A stretch of 64,000 nt of DNA from Eledone cirrhosa (lineage: Eukaryota). Under the pieces are notes generated by a model. It was given only the letters and a program-made list of their open reading frames with translations. It was not told the origin of the DNA and made no database searches. The stretch is taken from contig OZ024762.1 of NCBI GenBank assembly GCA_964016885.1, positions 8,494,001 through 8,558,000 of the forward strand, read 5' to 3'. Shown here piece after piece: positions 1-12,084 of the stretch (positions are counted from its first letter, which is position 1; each line of letters opens with the position of its first letter). Made by a program: the position numbers and the translations under genes.

Positions 1-290
1 GGTGGAATTGTGGCCAAAGTTCTGGGCAGGAAGGACTGGGTACAGTGGCGAGTAGGTTGAGGTAGGGGGAGATGTGTAACATGGATACTGAGAGAAGAGG
101 GAGAGAGAGAGAGAGTCGGACCAGTGGCTTGAGTATAGGTGGTAGGAGAACAGCTAACCCCTGGACTGGGGTTTGGAGTAGAGGTGGTAGGAGAGCAGCT
201 AACCCCTGGACTGCAGTTTGGAGTAGAGGTGGTAGGAGAGCAGTTAACCGCTATGAGCAGAGGCCATTGTAGTAGTGGTAGATGAAACAT
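1..290 (-). CDS. Possible coding start running off the left edge (MFHLPLLQWPLLIAVNCSPTTSTPNCSPGVSCSPTTSTP...)
   Basis: ATG at 290 follows an in-frame upstream stop, giving 96 open codons to the window edge. Hydrophobic signal-peptide-like start and an in-frame 45-bp (15-aa) repeat. Candidate acceptor ctctctag| near 386. The C-rich strand is stop-poor, so this may be chance. Confidence 0.25.
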   Translation of the reverse strand, partial: MFHLPLLQWPLLIAVNCSPTTSTPNCSPGVSCSPTTSTPNPSPGVSCSPTTYTQATGPTLSLSPSSLSIHVTHLPLPQPTRHCTQSFLPRTLATIP

Positions 291-1529
291 AGGGAGTAGA
301 CAGTATGGCTGTAGGGTAAGGAACTTGAGTGTGTCAGAGACTGAGTTTTGCTAATTGCTCAAGTGGCTTTTGTCTAGATGTAGTCTAGAGAGTGTTTGGT
401 GGTGGTGGTGGTGGGGTGTGTATGTGGAATGGGGGGTACGTGTGTGTGTGTGTGGGGGGGGGTTATATATGTGTGTGTGTGTGGGATGTGTGTATAGGAT
501 GTATGTGTGTGGGGGGATGTGTGTGATGTGTATGTGTGGGATGTATGTGTGTGTGGGATGTGTATGTGTGGGATGTGTGTGTGTAGGCTGTATGTGTGGG
601 ATATATGTATGGGATGTGTGTGTGTAAGCTGTATGTGTGGGCTGCATGTGTGTGTGGGATGCATGTGTGTGTGATGTGTGTGTGAAAGTGAGAGAGAAGT
701 GTCGTGGATTAAACAAGGGCAACAACAGCAACAACATCCGTAACACCAACAACAACAACATCATCACCATCAACAACAACAACACCAATAACATCAACAG
801 CACTAACAACACCAATAACAACAATACTATCAACAACAACAACATCAATAACAACAAAACCAATAACATCAAGAGCACTAACAACAATACCAATATCAAC
901 AACACCAACAACAACAATAACAACACTAACACCAACACGAACAACATAAATAACAACAACAGCAACAACACCAATAACAACTAAAAGTTTTCCTCAAGTG
1001 GTCCCTGGTCCTTTAACTTTTCTAACTCATTTCCCTTTAACCCTTTAACATTTAAACCAGCCATATCTGGTTACAATTCTCTCACCTCTTTCTGTTCAAA
1101 CTAGCTGTAACCGGCCACTCATACTGATGTTATAGTATTGTTCTCAAAATAAATAGCATCAAAATCTGATAGATTCGATATTATGTGAGATAATTATTAT
1201 TTCTACTTTAGGCACAAGGCCAGCGATTTTGGGGGAGGGGAAAGTCAATTAAATCGACCCCAGTGCATTACTGGTACTTTATTTTATCGACCCCGTAAGG
1301 ATGAAAGGCAAAGCTAACCTTGGTGAGATTTGAACTCATGGATTTGATATTATGTGAGATAATTATATGAGGTAGAGCCTTTACCATGAAAATATAATAG
1401 TAAATATAGAGTAATGGAAATGCTAAAGGGTTAAGTATCTATTCTGGCCGCTCATACTGCTGTTAAGGTATTGTTCTCAAAATAACTAATATCAAAATCT
1501 CATAGATTTGTGAGATTATGTGAGATAAC

Positions 1530-1899
1530 TACCGTATTCTCGGCGTCGAAGACAACTTTTTTCCTAAAATAAGTCTCAAAAATCTACCATGCCTCCTGGA
1601 GGCTGAAGGTTGTTTATTATTTTTTTTTTTAAGGTGGATTGGCTGTATCGGTAGAGGGCCGGACGCCATGCTTTCCAGCATAGTTACGTCCCTTTACGAT
1701 CTGAGTTCAAATCCCACCGAGGTTGACTTTGCCTTTCATCCTTACGGGGTTGATAAAATAAATTACCAGTAATGCACTGGATAATTGCTGGCCTTGTGCC
1801 TAAAGTAGAAACAATTATTTTTTTTTTTTTTATTTTTGGTTGTCAAAATTAGGGTACGTCCTCGAGGACGAAGAGTCTTCGGCGCCGGGAAATACGGTA
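1530..1899. mobile_element. Tc1/mariner-superfamily (pogo/Tigger-like) MITE with nested SINE; second copy at 45609-46097
   Basis: TA TSD and TIRs CCGTATT(T/C)(C/T)CGGCG.CGAAGAC / GTCTTCGGCGCCGGGAAATACGG. Confidence 0.8.
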
Positions 1900-2534
1900 T
1901 GTGAAATGAAGTGTTTACCATGGAAATACAATAGTAAATATAGAGTAATGTAAGTACTAAAGAGTTAATATGCAGTAGTGTCTATTTTCATTGCACTGGC
2001 CACTTATTCATCATCATCATCATCATCACCGTTTTACGTCCGTTCTTCCACGCTAGCATGGGTTAGACGGGTTGTCCTGTTGTGGGCAGTGTCTGGTCGG
2101 CTGACCATGCCTTGCTCATACAGGAACTGATTTGGCTTGATTTCTACAGCTGGATGCCCTTCCTAACACCAACCTCATGTACAGTGAGTGCTGGGTGCTT
2201 TTTTGCCGTGGCACCTCCACGACCACCTTGTGGTGGGTGGGTGGGGGGGGGGGGGGCATATTGTCTATATGCTTCAGCTTGTACCCATGGGAGGTCAGGT
2301 ACTCTGTATTACTGCATGACGCCAGAGGTCACGGTCATGTGTCATTGCCTTTGAGAGGTTGTCAAAATTAGAGTGCATCCTTGAGAACGAAGCGACTTCG
2401 TCTTCAGTGTTGGGAAATCCGGTATATGAGATAGAGCCTTTACCATGAAAATATAATACTCTTTTACTCTTTTACCTGTTCCAGCCATCCGGCTGAGGCC
2501 ATGCTGGGGTCACCGCCCTTGTTGCTACACATTT

Positions 2535-2870
2535 TATCTCTAGCCAGTACTGGTTGGCCACTGGTGCAAGAGAGGATTCGTTGCTGCTGCCCTTAGGTTT
2601 CCCTCGTGCCTTGCTGTGGGCTCATCCGGGATCCTGGATAGCAGGGTGTCGAGATGTTTCTTGAAAACATCCACATACACACCATGCAGATCTTTCAGAT
2701 CCCTCGGCAGCTTGTTTAAGAGTTGAGGGCCCATGAAACCCCAGGCTATTGCAATATCTGCTCCTTATTCTACTAGATGTGGAGGACGGGACCTTTGGCA
2801 TCACACAGTGACGTCCTGTTCGGGGGTTGGTCCAGCACCCAATGCCAAAGTTCGGAGCTAGTCCCTCCAG
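2535..2870 (-). mobile_element. Older CR1-like LINE 3' fragment
   Basis: GPQLLNKLPRDLKDLHGVYVDVFKKHLDTLLSRIPDEP resembles a CR1 ORF2 C-terminus. Confidence 0.7.
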
Positions 2871-4017
2871 GATTTCCTATATGTATATCACTGCATATCC
2901 CCCCCCCCCCCTCCGTCTTCGTTCCAAGGAGTAGAGGTTCAGTTCTTTTAGCCTCTCCCAGTATAGTAATAGTAGATATAATTGCTTCTACTTTTTGGCA
3001 CAAGGCCAGCAATTACCCAGTGCATTACTGGTACTTTATTTTATCGACCCCGTAAGGATGAAAGGCAAAGTAAACCTCGGCGGGATTTGAACTCAGAATG
3101 GCAAGGGCCGTAACTCTATATGTCAAAGCATGGCGTCCGACCCTCTACCAATACTTCCAATCCAGTAATAGTAGATATAATAGTAAATAAATATAGAAGG
3201 ATGGAAACACTAAAGGGTTAAAAGACAAAGAAAAGAATATGTAGAGCAGGTTTTATGAAACAAAGGATGCCAGTGAGATATTTCTGTAATACCTGTTTCT
3301 TATCAGATGGTGACAATAGTTGTTAACAGTTCCAACTCTAGTGATACTTATATATATATATCCTCTCAAGGGAGCACGTTTCCCCCTCGCTTGGTGGGTA
3401 GGGGGTTGAGGGTATGTGGCCTCAAGAGTCTCAGCAGAGATAAAAGAAGAGAGGGGGAAGGGTTGTAACAATGTTTTGAGGTTTGACTTCCAAGAAAACA
3501 ACAAGAGGTGTTTTTACACACATACACACAGACAGACAGGTACATGCATACATATATAAATACATGTTTACATACACACATACATATATATAAATACATG
3601 TTTACATACACACATACATACAGAGACATGCATACATATATATAAATACATGTTTACATACACACATACATATATATAAATACATGTTTACATACACACA
3701 GACAGATACATGCATACATATATAAATACATGTTTACATACACACATACATACAGACAGACAGATACATGCATACATATATATAAATACATGTTTACATA
3801 CACATACATACAGAGACAGAGACATACATACATATATAAATACACATTTGCACACATACACACACACACAGATACATGCACACATATATAAATACATGTT
3901 TACATACACACGCACTGAGATACATGTATCTCTGTGTATGTTTAAACACATGCACACACAGAAATATGTTTTACATATATACACACACGCACTGAAATAC
4001 ATGTATGTATGTGTACA

Positions 4018-4087
<70 letters not shown>

Positions 4088-4241
4088 TATATATATGTAC
4101 ATTCATACATACATAGATAGATATATAGACACATACACACACATATATATATATATGTACTTTCATACACACACATATATATATATGTACTTTCATACAT
4201 ACATAGATATACATATACATACACATACACACACATACACA

Positions 4242-4273
<32 letters not shown>

Positions 4274-4626
4274 CATATATATACATATATATATGTATAT
4301 ATATGTATATATATACATATACACACACACACACACATATCTATATCTATATAGATATATATGTATGTGGGTATATGTATATATACACACTCTAACTAAA
4401 TACATTCTAGCTAAACATTGAAAGAACACTATATCATGCACACATACATACACACACACGTACATACATACATACACATACACACACACACACACATACA
4501 TACACATACACACACATGCATGCACACACACACACACAAACTTAGGGTTTTTCTTCAGGGTTCTGAACAGATTCAGAAATATTTACTTAAAAGATGTTAA
4601 GAGAGCAGTCTTCCAGTTGATTGCTG

Positions 4627-6945
4627 CCACAATACACCATATCTACACACTACCACCACCACCACTACCACCAACACCACTACCATAAGCACCAATACAC
4701 CATTTCCAGACACCACCACCAATACACCATTCCTACACACCACCTCCACCAATACACCATTCCTACACACCACCACCACCACCACACCATTGCTATACAA
4801 TACCACCACCACCACAACCATAAGCACCAATACACCATTCCTACACACCACCTCCACCAATACACCATTCCTACACACCACCACCACCAATATACCATTG
4901 CTATACAATACCACCACCACAACCATAAGCACCAATACACCATTCCTACACACCACCACCACACCATTGCTATACAATACCACCACCACCACAACCATAA
5001 GCACCAATACACCATTCCTACACACCACCTCCACCACCAATACACCATTCCTACACACCACCTCCACCAATACACCATTCCTACACACCACCAATACACC
5101 ATTGCTATACAATACCACCACCACCACCACAACCATAAGCACCAATACACCATTCCTACACACCACCTCCACCAATACACCATTGCTATACAATACCACC
5201 ACCACCACCACAACCATAAGCACCAATACACCATTCCTACACACCACCTCCACCAATACACCATTGCTATACAATACCACCACCACCACCACAACCAACA
5301 ATACCACACCACCAATACACCATTCCTACACACCACCTCCACCAATACCCCATTGCTATACAATACCACCACCACCACTACCAACAATACCACACCACCA
5401 ATACACCATATCTACATACTACCACCACCACCACCAATACACCATTGCTATACAATACCACCACCACCACCACTACCAACAATACCACACCACCAATACA
5501 CCATATCTACATACTACCACCACCACCACCAATACACCATTGCTATACAATACCACCACCACCACCACAACCAACAATACCACACCACCAATACACCATT
5601 CCTACACACCACCTCCACCAATACCCCATTGCTATACAATACCACCACCACCACTACCAACAATACCACACCACCAATACACCATATCTACATACCACCA
5701 CCACCACCAATACACCATTGCTATACAATACCACCACCACCACCACCACCACCACCACTACCAACAATACCACACCACCAATACACCATATCTACATACT
5801 ACCACCACCACCACCAATACACCATTGCTATACAATACCAACACCACCACCACCACCACCACCACCACCACCATAACCACCAATACACCATTTCCAGACA
5901 CCACCATCAACATCAGTACCACATTACACCACTGCTAACAAGATACCACAATTCCACCAACAATACCATTACTACAAAACAACCAGACCACCACCACCAC
6001 TACCACTGTCACCGTCACTACCATCACCACCAAGACACCATTCTACACACCACCACCAACAACACTACCATTGTCACCATCACCACCAAGACACCATTCT
6101 ACACACCACCACCAACAACACTACCATTGCCACCATCACCACCACAACACCATTCTACACACCACCACCAACAACACTACCATTGCCACCATCACCACCA
6201 CAACACCATTCTACACACCACCAACACTGGCAACATCATCACCACCACCACCATGAAGCATTACAACACCACCATCACCAGGACTGCACTACACCACCAT
6301 CACCACCAATACAACACTATTGCTGGCACCACCACCACCAAGACTACACCACCACCAACACAACACTACCACTGATACCACCACCAACACAACACTACCA
6401 CTGATACCACCACCACCACCAGGACTACACTACACCAACACAACACCGCCACTACCACCAAGACTACACCACCACCAGGACTACACAACACCAACACAAC
6501 ACTACCACTGGCACCACCACCACCACCACCACCACCAGGACTACACTACACCAACACAACACTACCACTGACACCAACACAACACCACGACCACCACCAC
6601 CACCAGGACTACACTACACAAACACAACACTACCACTGGCACCACCACCAGGACTACACAACACCAACACAACACTACCACTGACACCAACACAACACCA
6701 CGACCACCACCACCACCAGGACTACACAACACCAACACAACACTACCACTGACACCAACACAACACCACAACCACCACCACCACCAGGACTACACAACAC
6801 TACCACTGACACCAACACAACACCACGACCACCACCACCACCAGGACTACACTACACAAACACAACACTACCACTGGCACCACCACCACCACCAGGACTA
6901 CACAACACCAACACAACACTACCACTGACACCACCACCACCACCA
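4627..6945. repeat. Complex (CAC)n-based minisatellite patchwork
   Basis: Modules caatacaccattcctaca, attgctatacaata and aggactaca are interleaved with CAC runs. Source of the spurious H/T/P ORFs. Confidence 0.95.
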
Positions 6946-7300
6946 TTCTACCCACTCTACATATATTCTTCAGTTTCCCTCCCTTTCTTCTACATGGCTA
7001 ACCTCTTGAGAGTTATGTTGGCAGTTTAACAGACATTCTCTTCCTCTTCTTAGCTGGAGATTTTGAGCAAAGTTCACAGTTCAATGAAGATTTAACCATT
7101 TTAGAAAAATAGTGCTTAGGGGACAATCAGACTTTTAAATATTAATTTCTGTGTTGTTGTTATTGTTGTTGTCATAAATGTCACATATGTGTCCTTTATT
7201 TGACATGGAAAATAGACATTAAATGATTGTATTTGTGTGTGCGTGTACACACACACACACACACATGTATATATATATATAAATGTATATATATATATAA

Positions 7301-7337
<37 letters not shown>

Positions 7338-7452
7338 TATAAATGTATATAAATATATATATATATATAAAAATAAATATATATATATATAAATGTATAT
7401 ATATATATATATATATATATAAATGTATATAAATATATATATATATATATAA

Positions 7453-7488
<36 letters not shown>

Positions 7489-7638
7489 GTATATATATCT
7501 ATATATATAAATGTATATATATCTATATATATAAATGTATATAAATATATATATATATATATATAAATAAATATATATATAAATATATATATATATATAA
7601 AAATAAATATATATATATATAAATGTATATATATATAT

Positions 7639-7675
<37 letters not shown>

Positions 7676-7710
7676 AATATATAAATGTATATATATATAT
7701 ATATATAAAA

Positions 7711-7744
<34 letters not shown>

Positions 7745-7768
7745 GTATATATATATATATATATAAAA

Positions 7769-7831
<63 letters not shown>

Positions 7832-8357
7832 AATATATAAATGTATATAAATATATATATATATATATATAAAAATAAATATATATATATATATTATGAA
7901 GTAAAATGACAGGAGGCCAAATATGTTGAATTTCCTTAATTATTTATTTCTGCAAACATAATTGTTTCTACTTTAGGCACAAGGCCAGCAATTACCCAGT
8001 ACATTACTGGTACTTTATTTTATTGACCCCGTAAGGATGAAAGGCAAAGTTAACCTCGGTGCGATTAACTTTGCCTTTCATTTCTGCAAACATAATGCAC
8101 ATTTCAGTGGCCAGGTTGCGTAAGAACCCAATGACATCTTCAGGTGTAAATTGCGTAATAGATGTATACCAACGGAATGTGATGGTAAACACATTCCAAG
8201 AGGCTTTAAGGAAACAAGCAAAGAAAAAACAGAAGAAAAAAAGTGTGTTTATGTTTTTTTACCCAGAGACGATCAAAGCGGCATGTCGTTATTATGCAGA
8301 ATGACCAATTCTACCCAGTGGTAAACCACCAAATTTAAAATTATATATATATTTTTT

Positions 8358-8675
8358 TAACCTGGGAGTGAAAGGCCCCCAGTTGTTGTCACAACATCTT
8401 TCTAGGAGAGGGGAAACTCTGAAAAAAAAAGCTGCAGTTTTGAAAGCATCCAATGATGTTGACCAGTTCTCCTTTTTGGGAGGTGTTTTCAATGCTCAGA
8501 GAGTGGGATTGCTCAAGTGCAAGGCCTTTTCCCACTTAAAAAACCTTCAAAGCACAGGCATTGCTTGTTCAGGATATGTTACAGGTTCGTGTGACTGGCT
8601 GTAACCTAAAAGTGCACCAAACTCTATAATCTGACAAGCGATTGCAATACTCTTCACAGAGTTTGCAGCCATCAT
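8358..8675. repeat. Unclassified dispersed repeat (copies at 59235-59490 and, more diverged, 11362-11435)
   Basis: Shared cctggga.tgaaaggcccccagttgttgtcacaaca...gagagtgggattg.tcaagtgcaaggcc; the 59 kb copy has an internal deletion. Confidence 0.8.
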
Positions 8676-9090
8676 ATATATATATCATCATCATCATCAT
8701 CATCATCATTTTACGTCCGCTTTTCCCTGCTTGCACGGGTGGGACGGGAAGTGATTCTAGTTTGATTTCTACAGCTGGATGCCCTTCCTAACACCAACCT
8801 CATTTACAGTGAGTGCTGGGTGCTTTTTTGCCGTGGCACCTCCACGACCACTTTACAGTGGAATGATAGGGACCCCAGTGCCTATCATCTCATTTCTACA
8901 GCTGAGTAAACTGGAGCAATGTGAAATAAAGTGTCTTGCTCAAGGACACAACACATCACCCGGTCTGAGAATTGAACACACAACCTTTCGATTGCAAGGC
9001 CAATGCTCTAACCACTAAGCCATGTGCCTCCATATATATATATATATATATAAAAAAAGAGTCAGGACTCCGACACTACCAGGTAGATTA

Positions 9091-9183
<93 letters not shown>

Positions 9184-9383
9184 AATATATATATATATAT
9201 AAATGTATACATTTAAAAATATTATCACTCTGTGATCTTCCACCTGGATACTATAATTAGATCCCTCTTTTTGGACTTTTACTGTAACCTACATGAACCA
9301 TGTGGAGAAAAATACTTTAGTAAGTAATCTTACTTGTTTTATTTTTGCTTATACTCTTATCTACACAAACAAATTTTACTCGT

Positions 9384-9475
<92 letters not shown>

Positions 9476-9577
9476 ATGGAGTGTAATGTGGAGTTACTGT
9501 AGGTTCACCCAGGTGAGCACTCGATGTTTTGGTTCATGTCAGTATTGAGGTGTAGAGCTAGACAGAGTGGAATATAA

Positions 9578-9666
9578 GGGGGTCTCTCACTTCCAGTTAG
9601 CTTACCGCAAACTCAGACACCAACTTGAGTATTTCTATGTCCCTGCACATGTATATATGTATACAT

Positions 9667-9739
<73 letters not shown>

Positions 9740-9742
9740 CAT

Positions 9743-9796
<54 letters not shown>

Positions 9797-10314
9797 ATTG
9801 TTTCTACTTTTGGCACAAGGCGAGCAATTATCCCAGTGTATTACTGGTACTTTATTTTATCGACCTCATAAAGATGAAATGCAAAGTTAACCTCGGCGGG
9901 ATTTGAACTCAGAATGGCATATAAGGACGAATGGTTACTCCTTCATTACATTTATTGGTTGGTGACGTGCGTTTCGCTACTGATCAGCTCAAGGTTTGAT
10001 CTGTATCGATCTAGTCCGACTCTGGAATCAAAAGCTCGTGGGACCTCTGTACTCACTACCACAGAGGTCTGATGAGCTTTTGATTCCAGAGTCAGGCTAG
10101 ATTGATACAGAGCAAACCTTGAGCTGATCAGTAGCGAAACGCACGTCACCAACCAATAAATGTAATGAAGGAGTAACCATTCGTCCTTGTATGCCATTCT
10201 GAGTTCAAATCCCGCCGAGGTTAACTTTGCCTTTCATCCTTACGGGGTCGATAAAATAAAGTACCAGTAATACACTGGGATAAGTGCTCGCCTTGTGCCA
10301 AAAGTAGAAACAAT

Positions 10315-10364
<50 letters not shown>

Positions 10365-10452
10365 ATGTATAGATATATACATGTGCAGGGACATAGAAAT
10401 ACTCAAGCTGGTGTCTGAGTTTGCGGTAAGCTAACTGGAAGTGAGAGACCCC
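9578..10452. repeat. Long imperfect palindrome (about 875 bp) centred near 10055
   Basis: Arms pair from ggggtctctcacttccag (9578) to ctggaagtgagagacccc (10452). Each arm holds unique DNA, a microsatellite, a SINE fragment and the hammerhead segment. Loop is 10 nt (actcactacc). Confidence 0.93.
10066..10150 (+). ncRNA. Type I hammerhead ribozyme with extended stem II
   Basis: Stem I ggt/acc. CTGATGA at 10069-10075. GCT...AGC closes a domain of about 54 nt. GAAA at 10136-10139. Stem III ACG-ca-CGT. Cleavage after GUC at 10147. Confidence 0.65.
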
Positions 10453-10925
10453 TGATCCTCATTACGATATCTCTCTAAGAGAAGGAAACTCAATAGTAAC
10501 CTATGATTCCCCCAATATCGGTTCCTCTCCGACAGGTTTGCGATCGATCCTGTGGCAGTGGAGACTTCTGGTGTCCTTGGCCTTAGGGCCAGCTCCCTGT
10601 TCACCATAATCGGCACAGAGTTGGCTACCCACACGTGTGGGCTCTGCGAACTGGAATGGCTCTTTCGGTGCATCTCCCTCACTACCCTTCGGTGAAACAC
10701 CTTCTCTATTCTGTCCACCGGGGAAGTGGGGCAGCCACAACATGGACCCCTGTTTGCTCATAATAGTGAGAGATGAGATGAGCAGGAGAGATGGAGGCAG
10801 TGACAGTGAGAGTTTGGTTCCTTTGTGTTCGGGCCTTATGTTTATATATGTTTCACAGGGGCACACACACACACGTGTGAAGATAACAGATGGATAAGAA
10901 AATGATAGGCTAAGAATGATATATG

Positions 10926-11333
10926 GAGGCACATGGCTTAGTGGTTAGAGCATTGGGCTTGCAATTGAAAGGTTGTGAGTTCAATTCTCGGATCGGGTAA
11001 TGTGTTGTTTTCTTGAGCAAGACATTTTATTTCACATTGCTCCAGTTTACTCAGCTGTAGAAATGAGATGATAGAGACTGGGGTCCCTATCATTCCACTG
11101 CAAAGTGGTCGTGGAGGTGCCACGGCAAAAAAGCACCCAGCCCACACTGTAAATGAGGTTGGTGTTAGGAAGGGCATCCAGCCGTAGAAATCAAGCCAGA
11201 ATCAGTTCCCGTATGAGCAAGACAAGGTCAGCCGATCGGACACTGCCCACAACAGGACAACCCGTCTAACCTATGCTAGCGTGGAAGAACGGACATAAAA
11301 CAGTGATGATGATGATGATGATGATAATGATGA
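10926..11333 (+). mobile_element. Composite SINE: tRNA head + CORE-like domain + RTE-type 3' end with (ATG)n tail; inverted copy at 8685-9031
   Basis: TGGCTTAGTGGTTAGAGC A box, GAGTTCAATTC B box, cttgagcaagaca...tttcacattgctccagt core, then the RTE-like 3' segment. Heads also at 44995-45170, 49240-49360, 57000-57250. Confidence 0.8.
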
Positions 11334-11578
11334 TTCAATATTTCCTTACACCAAATTCACCAGTGATGTTGATCTGTTCTTCTTTTCAGATAACTATTGT
11401 TGCTGTGTGAGTGGGATTGGTTCAGTGCAAGGTCTTTCTTTGCTATAACAAGCCTTATGTACACACATCATAATAGTCATTTGATAGCCCTACCCTGATC
11501 ACAGGGTGGTTGACATTGTAAATATGCACTCATATATATGTATGTATATATACATGTATGTGTATATATACATATATC

Positions 11579-11642
<64 letters not shown>

Positions 11643-11644
11643 TC

Positions 11645-11685
<41 letters not shown>

Positions 11686-11801
11686 GTATATATATATACA
11701 TGTATGTGTATATATATACATGTATGTGTATATATATACACGTATTTGTGTATATACAGCCGTACTAAGAGTGGGAAATGAAATTTTGTTTCATTTTTTC
11801 C

Positions 11802-11841
<40 letters not shown>

Positions 11842-12084
11842 CAAAGGAATTGTGGTAAGGAACCCGATGGACCATAATGCACCAGAGTACTCAATACTTA
11901 GGGTAGTAGAGTGGGTAATAGGAAAATGTATGACCCCGACGGCAGAGCTCAAGCTGTTTTGACGGTTATTTCTGGACTGAGTCCAGAAATAGCCGTCAAA
12001 ACTGCTTTTTTCATTTTCCTATATATATATATATATCCTGTTATACGTCCATTTCTCCACGCTAGCATGTGATATATATATATG

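Noticed and set aside
4597-6771. Long His/Thr/Pro-rich ORFs (584 aa, 382 aa)
   Set aside because: Translations of CAC-based low-complexity repeats, open in several frames on both strands.
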